DNA of 64,000 bases, taken from positions 32,001 to 96,000 of the forward strand of contig CBDCWP010000013.1 in NCBI GenBank assembly GCA_965223505.1, written 5' to 3'. Position numbers and translations under genes: made by a program. Source of the stretch: Planctomycetota bacterium (GTDB lineage Bacteria; Planctomycetota; PLA2; JAEUHO01). The first letter of the stretch is position 1. Each line of letters begins with the position of its first letter. This document shows positions 57,940-64,000 of this stretch, in pieces. The notes under the pieces were generated by a model. It worked only from the letters and a program-made list of their open reading frames with translations. It was not told where the DNA came from and did no database searches.

Positions 57940-58908
57940 CTAGTAGAGGTGGCACGCCACCTCTTGCCCGTCGTCTCGCCGTTGCAACACGGGTTCTTCC
58001 TGTGAGCAGATGGGCTTGGCGAACGGGCAACGCGGATGAAAGCGGCAGCCGGAGGGGGGATTGATCGGGCTGGGGATTTCGCCCTCGATAATCACCTCTT
58101 CGCGCTGATCATCCGGATGTCCCGGCAGGGCGGCCGAAAACAGCGCCTGGGTGTAGGGGTGCAGAGGAGCCGTGCGCAAAGCGTGGCTGCTGCCCATCTC
58201 GACGATTTTGCCCAGGTACATCACGGCGATGCTGGTGCTCAGATGCAGCACCGCCGCCAGGTCGTGGGCGATGAGCAGATAGCTGAGGCCGAACTCTTCC
58301 TGTAAATCCTGCAGCAAATTCATAATCTGCGCGCGAATCGACACGTCGAGCGCCGAGACCGGTTCGTCCAAAATAATCAAGCTCGGGCGCAGCGCCAAGG
58401 CGCGCGCGATGGCAATGCGCTGCCGCTGGCCGCCGCTGAACTCGTGCGGAAACAAGTCGCCCGAGCGATGGCTGAGGCCCACCAGGTCCAACAATTGCCG
58501 CAGGCGATCGTCGATTTCCGCCTTGGACATCTCCGTGTTGACCAGCAACGGCTCAGTAATCAGGCGGCCAACGCGCATGCGCGGGTTGAGCGAGCTGTAG
58601 GGGTCTTGAAACACGGCTTGCACGCCGCGCCGATAGTCGCGCAGCCCCTTGCCCGCCAGGTGATGAATCCGCTCGCCCTGAAACAAAATCGCGCCGCTCG
58701 TCGGCTGCTCCAGCATCAGAATCATCTTCGCCGTGGTGGACTTGCCGCAACCCGACTCCCCCACCAGGCCCAGGGTTTCCCCTGCGCCCAGGCGATACGA
58801 CACGCCGTCCACCGCTTTCACCGCGCCCACGGTTTCCTGAAACAACAGACCCTGCGTGATCGGGAAATGTTTGGTCAGATTTTGCAGTTCAAGCAAAGTC
58901 TCGCTCAT
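57940..58908 (-). CDS. Oligopeptide/dipeptide ABC ATPase (DppF/OppF-like)
   Basis: GESGCGKS, FSGGQRQR, LDEPVSALD and GCRFHPRC. Confidence 0.95.
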   Translation of the reverse strand: MSETLLELQNLTKHFPITQGLLFQETVGAVKAVDGVSYRLGAGETLGLVGESGCGKSTTAKMILMLEQPTSGAILFQGERIHHLAGKGLRDYRRGVQAVFQDPYSSLNPRMRVGRLITEPLLVNTEMSKAEIDDRLRQLLDLVGLSHRSGDLFPHEFSGGQRQRIAIARALALRPSLIILDEPVSALDVSIRAQIMNLLQDLQEEFGLSYLLIAHDLAAVLHLSTSIAVMYLGKIVEMGSSHALRTAPLHPYTQALFSAALPGHPDDQREEVIIEGEIPSPINPPSGCRFHPRCPFAKPICSQEEPVLQRRDDGQEVACHLY

Positions 58909-59882
58909 GCTTTCTCCTGGAGCCAGCAGCGGGCGTAGTGGTTCGGCCCCAGGCGGAATTCCGGCGGGGTTTCATGGCGGCAGCGCTCCTCGGCCACCGG
59001 GCAACGCGGGCTAAACGGGCAGCCGGGCGGAATCGCCGACAGGTCCGGCGGCTGGCCCTCGATGCTCCACAGGCGATCGGTGCTCGTGTTGAGCCGCGGC
59101 ACGGCCTTGAGCAGGGCTTCCGTGTACGGGTGCTTGGGTTCTCGAAACAGCGTGCGCATGGGGGCGCGCTCGACCAATTTACCGGCGTACATCACCGCCA
59201 CGTAGTCGCACATTTTGGCCACGATGCCAATGTCGTGGGTGATGAACATCATGGCCAGGCCGACGCGCTGTTGAATGTCTTTGAGCAGGCGTAAATACTG
59301 AGCTTGAATGGTGACGTCGAGACTCGTCGTCGGCTCATCGGCGATGAGCAAACTCGGCTCGCACGAAATACCGATCGCCCCCACGATGCGCTGCCGCATA
59401 CCGCCGCTCATCTGGTGCGGATAGTCGCGCAAGCGCGCCTCGGGCGAGGGAATGCGCACGCCGTTAAGCAGCTCTTTGAGGCGGTTGAACAGGCCCGAGC
59501 CCCGCATGCCGCGATGCACTCGCAAGGGCTCGGCGATTTGTTCGCCAATGGTAAACAGGGGGTTGAGCGACATCATCGGGTCTTGCAAGATCATGGCGAT
59601 ATCGCTGCCCCGAATGCGCTGCATCTCCTGATCCGTTTTACCCAGTAAATCCTCGCCGGCAAAGCGAATTTCGCCGCCCACGATGCGGCCCGCCGTTGGC
59701 AGCAAGCGCAAGATGGAGAGCGAGGTCATCGTTTTGCCGCTGCCGGATTCGCCCACGATGCCCATGGTCTCGCCCTTGCCCAGGGTGAAGCTGACCCCGT
59801 CGACCGCCTTCACCACCCGCTCGCCGCGGTTGGAAAACAGGTGCATCTGCAAATTGTTCACCGCCAACAGGGGTTCCGCCAC
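58905..59882 (-). CDS. Oligopeptide/dipeptide ABC ATPase (DppD/OppD-like)
   Basis: GESGSGKT, MSGGMRQR, ADEPTTSLD and GCPFSPRC. Confidence 0.95.
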   Translation of the reverse strand: MAEPLLAVNNLQMHLFSNRGERVVKAVDGVSFTLGKGETMGIVGESGSGKTMTSLSILRLLPTAGRIVGGEIRFAGEDLLGKTDQEMQRIRGSDIAMILQDPMMSLNPLFTIGEQIAEPLRVHRGMRGSGLFNRLKELLNGVRIPSPEARLRDYPHQMSGGMRQRIVGAIGISCEPSLLIADEPTTSLDVTIQAQYLRLLKDIQQRVGLAMMFITHDIGIVAKMCDYVAVMYAGKLVERAPMRTLFREPKHPYTEALLKAVPRLNTSTDRLWSIEGQPPDLSAIPPGCPFSPRCPVAEERCRHETPPEFRLGPNHYARCWLQEKA

Positions 59883-59899
59883 ACTTTATCCTTTACCAT

Positions 59900-60817
59900 T
59901 TACAGCTGTCGCAATTGGGGATCGGACCAGACGCGAAACCAGTCGCCGAGCAAGTTGGCGGCCAGCACCACAAGCATGATGCAGACGCCCGGAAAAATAC
60001 TCAGCCACCAAAAGCCGGTCATCAGCCCGGACTTGCCCTCGTAGAGCATCAAGCCCCAGGCCGGCTGCGGCGGCGCTACGCCGACGCCGAGAAAGCTCAA
60101 CGTCGCCTCGGCGATAATCACCACGCCAAACTGCAGCGTCGCCATGACGATGGCGCTATTAGCGATATTGGGCAGGATGTGCGTCAACATAATGCGTGAA
60201 TGGCTGCACCCCCCAACGATGGCGAGGCGCACGTAATCGCGCTCTTTTAAACTCAGCACCTCGCCGCGAATGACGCGGGCGTATCGCGTCCAATAGACCG
60301 CCGCCAGAATCACCACCAAATTCCATTCGCTCGGCCGCAACAGGGCCGCCAGGAGAATCGCGAAACTGATGGTGGGCAAGGCCATCCAGGCGTCCGTCAA
60401 ACGCATCACCACCTGATCGATCCAGCCGCCGCGGTAGCCCGAGAGAATGCCGAAGGTCGTGCCGATGACACCCGCCAACAGCACCGCGGAGGTCGCCACA
60501 ATGAGCGAAATGCGCGAGCCGTGAATGATGCGGCTGAGCACATCGCGGCCCATGTGGTCGGTGCCCAGCACGAAATCCGGATTGCCGCGCTCGGCCCAAA
60601 TCGGCGGGCGATAGCGCGCCCGGAGATTGCCCAGAGTGGGATCATGCGGCGCCAGCAAGTCGGCGAACAACGCTGTGAACACGAGCAAGAACAAAATGAT
60701 CAGGGGAAACAACGGCGCGTCCGACAGCGAGCGGCGCAGCGTCGACGACCAAGAGGGCCGCTCGGCGACGGCGCGGTCAGGGGACGCCATGACGGCGGTA
60801 GAGCTACTACTGTCCAT
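59900..60817 (-). CDS. ABC permease (DppC/OppC-like)
   Basis: LGTD.MGRDV.SR, HILPN and EATLSFLGVG. Confidence 0.93.
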   Translation of the reverse strand: MDSSSSTAVMASPDRAVAERPSWSSTLRRSLSDAPLFPLIILFLLVFTALFADLLAPHDPTLGNLRARYRPPIWAERGNPDFVLGTDHMGRDVLSRIIHGSRISLIVATSAVLLAGVIGTTFGILSGYRGGWIDQVVMRLTDAWMALPTISFAILLAALLRPSEWNLVVILAAVYWTRYARVIRGEVLSLKERDYVRLAIVGGCSHSRIMLTHILPNIANSAIVMATLQFGVVIIAEATLSFLGVGVAPPQPAWGLMLYEGKSGLMTGFWWLSIFPGVCIMLVVLAANLLGDWFRVWSDPQLRQL

Positions 60818-61727
60818 AGCGAATCCTCGGATCGATGTAGGCGTACAGGATATCGACGAGCAGATTGACCACGACGATCATCACACCGCCCATCAGGACG
60901 GTGGTCTGCACCAGGGGAAAATCGCGGCTGGAAATGCCTTCGTAGAGCAGGCGGCCAATGCCAGGCCAGGCGAAAACCGACTCCACTACGACCGCCGCGT
61001 TCATCATGATGACCAGATTAATCCCAGCGAGCGTCAGTACGGGAATCAAGGCGTTTTTAAAGGCGTGTTTGATGATGACCAGCTTTTCCGGTAGCCCCTT
61101 GAGGCGGGCGAGCTTGACGTATTCGCTGCCCATCACTTCGAGCATGGCGGAGCGCGCCATGCGGGTGTGCGCGGCGGAAAAGACCCAGCCCAGGGAAAAG
61201 GCCGGCATAATAATGTGCCAAAACGTGCCGCTGCCCGAACTCGGCAGCCAGCGAAAGGTGACGGAAAAGATCATGATTAACAACAGGCCGACCCAAAAAC
61301 TCGGCAGCGATAGGCCCATGATGGAGAAGGTTTTGCTGATGGAATCGATCCAGCTATCGACGCGCACGGCGGAGAGAATGCCGATCGGGATGCCGATCAC
61401 CAGCGAGATGGACATGGCGACGGCGGTGAGCCACAGGGAAGCCGGCAAGCGTTGTAAATAGAGGTCGAAAGCGGGTTGGCGATAGTAGATGGACTTGCCG
61501 AAATCGCCGCGCACCATGTTGGCGACAAACACACCGTACTGCACGGGCAGGGACTTATCCAGGCCGAATTCCTTGCGAATCGCCTGCAGATCGGCGTCGG
61601 AGGCGCCGGGTTCGACCATCAAGATGGCCGGGTCGCCGGTAAAGCGAATGAGACAGAAAATGGTGATGCTGAGAATGACCAGGGAAATGAGCGCGTAAAA
61701 GACCCGCTGTAAGATGTAGCGTTGCAT
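60807..61727 (-). CDS. ABC permease (DppB/OppB-like)
   Basis: GDFGKS, PSFWVG, ARLKGL, KHAFKNALIP and ESVFAWPGIG. Confidence 0.93.
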   Translation of the reverse strand: MQRYILQRVFYALISLVILSITIFCLIRFTGDPAILMVEPGASDADLQAIRKEFGLDKSLPVQYGVFVANMVRGDFGKSIYYRQPAFDLYLQRLPASLWLTAVAMSISLVIGIPIGILSAVRVDSWIDSISKTFSIMGLSLPSFWVGLLLIMIFSVTFRWLPSSGSGTFWHIIMPAFSLGWVFSAAHTRMARSAMLEVMGSEYVKLARLKGLPEKLVIIKHAFKNALIPVLTLAGINLVIMMNAAVVVESVFAWPGIGRLLYEGISSRDFPLVQTTVLMGGVMIVVVNLLVDILYAYIDPRIRYGQ

Positions 61728-61832
61728 AACTGCCTCTCGCTCTGACGACATGTCGCAGACGAAAACGCAAATTGGGTATGGCGGCGGTCAGCATAGCGCG
61801 TTGGGCGGGGATTTGCAAGCGCCAGTTTGGCG

Positions 61833-61862
61833 TTGACGGCGGCGGCGGCGGAACGCGATAAT
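61833..61862 (+). promoter_or_regulatory. Candidate sigma-70 promoter for the Uma2 gene
   Basis: TTGACG-N18-GATAAT. Confidence 0.35.
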
Positions 61863-61914
61863 AGGCCGCGAGGTATGAGTGAAATGCGCTTTGTTTTGTA
61901 GAGAGGCGTCAGCG

Positions 61915-62577
61915 ATGGCGACGACCGCAAACGTGCTGCCCCTGCACTGGACTGCAGCGGATTTGCATCTTCATTTGGGTGAGATTCCGTTACAACGCAT
62001 TCGCCTCCATCCGCCGCCGGGCGCGGCGACGCTCGCCGATGTCTTGAGCGTGCAGGCGGAAGAGGATCGATTGTGCGAATTGGTTGACGGCGTCTTGGTG
62101 GAAAAGACAGTGGGCTATTATGAATCCCGATTGGCGTTGGTAATCGGCTACTTCCTCGAAGCCTTTTTGGCCCAACACGATTTAGGCATTGTCCTCGGCG
62201 CCGATGGTATGCTGCAGTTACTGCGCGATCAGGTGCGCATTCCGGATGTGTCGTTTCTCTCCTGGGCAAATTTTCCCGACCGCGAGTTGCCCTCCGAGCC
62301 CATTCCCCAACTCGTTCCCGATCTCGCCGTGGAGGTCTTATCCGCCAGCAACACGGCGTCAGAGATGCAGCGCAAGTTACAAGAATACTTCGCCGCTGGC
62401 GTGCGGCTCGTCTGGTATGTCGAGCCCGAGTCGCAGCGCATAACCGTCTACACTGCGCCGGAGCAATGGCGCGAACTCGGGATCGATGATGCGCTTGATG
62501 GCGGAGAGGTGCTGCCCGGTTTTCAATTACCCATTCGCGACTTGTTCGACCGCGCCGGTCGACGATCAGGAGCTTAA
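61915..62577 (+). CDS. Uma2 family (DUF820) putative endonuclease
   Basis: ELVDG.LVEK, RIPDVSF, PDLAVEVLS.SN, K..EYF.AGV.LVW and LPGF. Confidence 0.92.
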   Translation: MATTANVLPLHWTAADLHLHLGEIPLQRIRLHPPPGAATLADVLSVQAEEDRLCELVDGVLVEKTVGYYESRLALVIGYFLEAFLAQHDLGIVLGADGMLQLLRDQVRIPDVSFLSWANFPDRELPSEPIPQLVPDLAVEVLSASNTASEMQRKLQEYFAAGVRLVWYVEPESQRITVYTAPEQWRELGIDDALDGGEVLPGFQLPIRDLFDRAGRRSGA

Positions 62578-62613
62578 ACCTTCATGAAAATCAACGGCGA
62601 CGGATAAGGTTGA

Positions 62614-64000
62614 TTACAGTCTAAGGTCTACAGCCGAAGAGGCCGGTAAGAGATCGGCGATCGCTTGCTCCAGGTCGCCAATCTGAATGGGTTTGATGAG
62701 ATGAATGGCAAAACCGGCATGACGCGAGCGAGCCAAATCTCCCTCCATACCGTAGCCGCTGAGCGCGATGCCGGTTAAACCAGGCTGAGCCTGGCTCAGC
62801 TCAGCCATCAAGGTGTAGCCGTCACCGTCGGGTAAACCGATATCCGAGATGACGAGATCAAACCGCTTCTGGCTGGCAAAAGCTTGCGCTTCTGCGCAAG
62901 AAGAGGCTGCAGTCACCTCGTAGTGGCGTCGGGTTAGTAACCGCGTCAGCGTTTTACGCGTTGGCTGGTGATCTTCAATGAGTAAAATGCGTCCAAGCTG
63001 CTCGCTGCTTCCAGCCGCTGCTGCCCTAGATGGGGCGGTCGTTTGAGCGACGGTAGGTTCACCCGTTTGATGAGACACAACCGTGCGCAACAACGGGAAG
63101 GTGATCGCAAATGTGGCGCCCTGGCCCTGGCCAGCGCTTGAAGCGCTAATGTGTCCGTCGTGCAGCTCAACTAGCGTACGCGCAATGGCCAGCCCTAGGC
63201 CCACGCCGCCAAAGCGGTGCGGGTCTCCCCTTAGCGCGTGATCGCCCTGGGAGAACGCGCTAAACACACGCTCGATCTCCTCAGGTGAGAGACCAATACC
63301 CGTATCAACAACGTCTACGTTGAGCGTATGGCTATCTGCGCATGAATGCGTTGTAATGTTGATTTGTCCTCCCAAAGGCGTAAACTTCACTGCGTTATTC
63401 AAAATATTCCAGAATATCTGCCTGAGCCGAATGGCGTCACCTAATACAATATATTTTTCAGCTTTGAATTGCAGTGAGAGCGTAAGCTGCTTTTGCTCTA
63501 ACTCAGCTTGCACGGTCGCGACCGCGTCTTTCAACACGGTGTGAACATCGATAGGGTGCAAACTGAGAACTAGTTTTCCTCGCGTAATGCGTGTGAGGTC
63601 AAGTAAGTCATCAATGAGCCTCGCCTCCAGAGCGACATTTTGAGCAATCGTCTCAAAATCCGCCCGCACCTCTGAGGGTAGGCGGGGATTTTTCATGGCT
63701 TCGCTGGCTAATAAGAGCACGGGGTTTAAAGGGGTGCGCAATTCATGCGATAAGGCGGCGAGAAAATCATCCTTGGCGCGCGAAGCGGCTAGCGCCTCGT
63801 CGCGGGCGCGTTCCACCTCCTGCTCGGCAAGCCTGCGGTCCGTGATATCGAGAACCACGCCGAGCATGCGCATGGGCTTCCCATCAGCAGCGTAGTCGGC
63901 GCGACCGCGGTTGGCCATCCAGCGCACCGAGCCATCTGGCCGCACGATGCGAAACTCGCTACTGTATAGGGTCTGATTCGCCAATGCCGTATCGAGCGCA
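62614..64000 (-). CDS. Hybrid PAS-histidine kinase-receiver (5' end outside window)
   Basis: PAC motif, SHELRTPL, N box NNAVKFT, DTGIG, GVGLGL and a receiver with EDH/SDIGLPD/KP. Confidence 0.93.
   Translation of the reverse strand, partial: ALDTALANQTLYSSEFRIVRPDGSVRWMANRGRADYAADGKPMRMLGVVLDITDRRLAEQEVERARDEALAASRAKDDFLAALSHELRTPLNPVLLLASEAMKNPRLPSEVRADFETIAQNVALEARLIDDLLDLTRITRGKLVLSLHPIDVHTVLKDAVATVQAELEQKQLTLSLQFKAEKYIVLGDAIRLRQIFWNILNNAVKFTPLGGQINITTHSCADSHTLNVDVVDTGIGLSPEEIERVFSAFSQGDHALRGDPHRFGGVGLGLAIARTLVELHDGHISASSAGQGQGATFAITFPLLRTVVSHQTGEPTVAQTTAPSRAAAAGSSEQLGRILLIEDHQPTRKTLTRLLTRRHYEVTAASSCAEAQAFASQKRFDLVISDIGLPDGDGYTLMAELSQAQPGLTGIALSGYGMEGDLARSRHAGFAIHLIKPIQIGDLEQAIADLLPASSAVDLRL

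Noticed and set aside
61915..62577. Restriction or anti-phage system
   Set aside because: A lone Uma2 gene with no methyltransferase or partner; the family is commonly expanded without demonstrated defence roles.

Overview
This window is very probably not one replicon but a concatenation of at least three sequences. Segment A (1 to about 36750) is very GC-rich. Its gene content suggests Planctomycetota: DUF1570, VIT and FHA/kinase proteins, a SpeE-MFS-TPR fusion, rnd, nadE, an rlmI-like gene, gdh, groES/groEL, phoB and a truncated phoR. Segment B (about 36760-61750, possibly to 62600) is less GC-rich and looks like a heterotroph rich in family-5 ABC transporters and orphan catabolic enzymes, reminiscent of Candidatus Tectomicrobia (inference only). 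Segment C (about 62600-64000) has clearly lower GC and holds a partial hybrid histidine kinase. I saw no rRNA, tRNA, CRISPR array or transposase. Most notable observations: (1) a divergent LCIB-like Cys/His/Cys zinc protein (2623-3858). (2) A ~6 kb block in which five transcription units each carry an exactly spaced sigma-54-type GG-N10-GC promoter around a pseudo-receiver enhancer-binding protein; a sixth such promoter precedes a pseudo-receiver-groES-groEL unit. (3) A 101-aa (DDDL)n polyaspartate protein. (4) An FHA protein plus FHA-kinase divergent from glutamate dehydrogenase. (5) A secreted helical protein ending in a secretin-like beta-hairpin. (6) A two-copy structured intergenic repeat. 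(7) Two apparent internal gene deletions and a homopolymer frameshift in segment B, around an orphan fdrA nitrogen-catabolic cluster. All product calls rest on motif recognition by eye; no database search was run.
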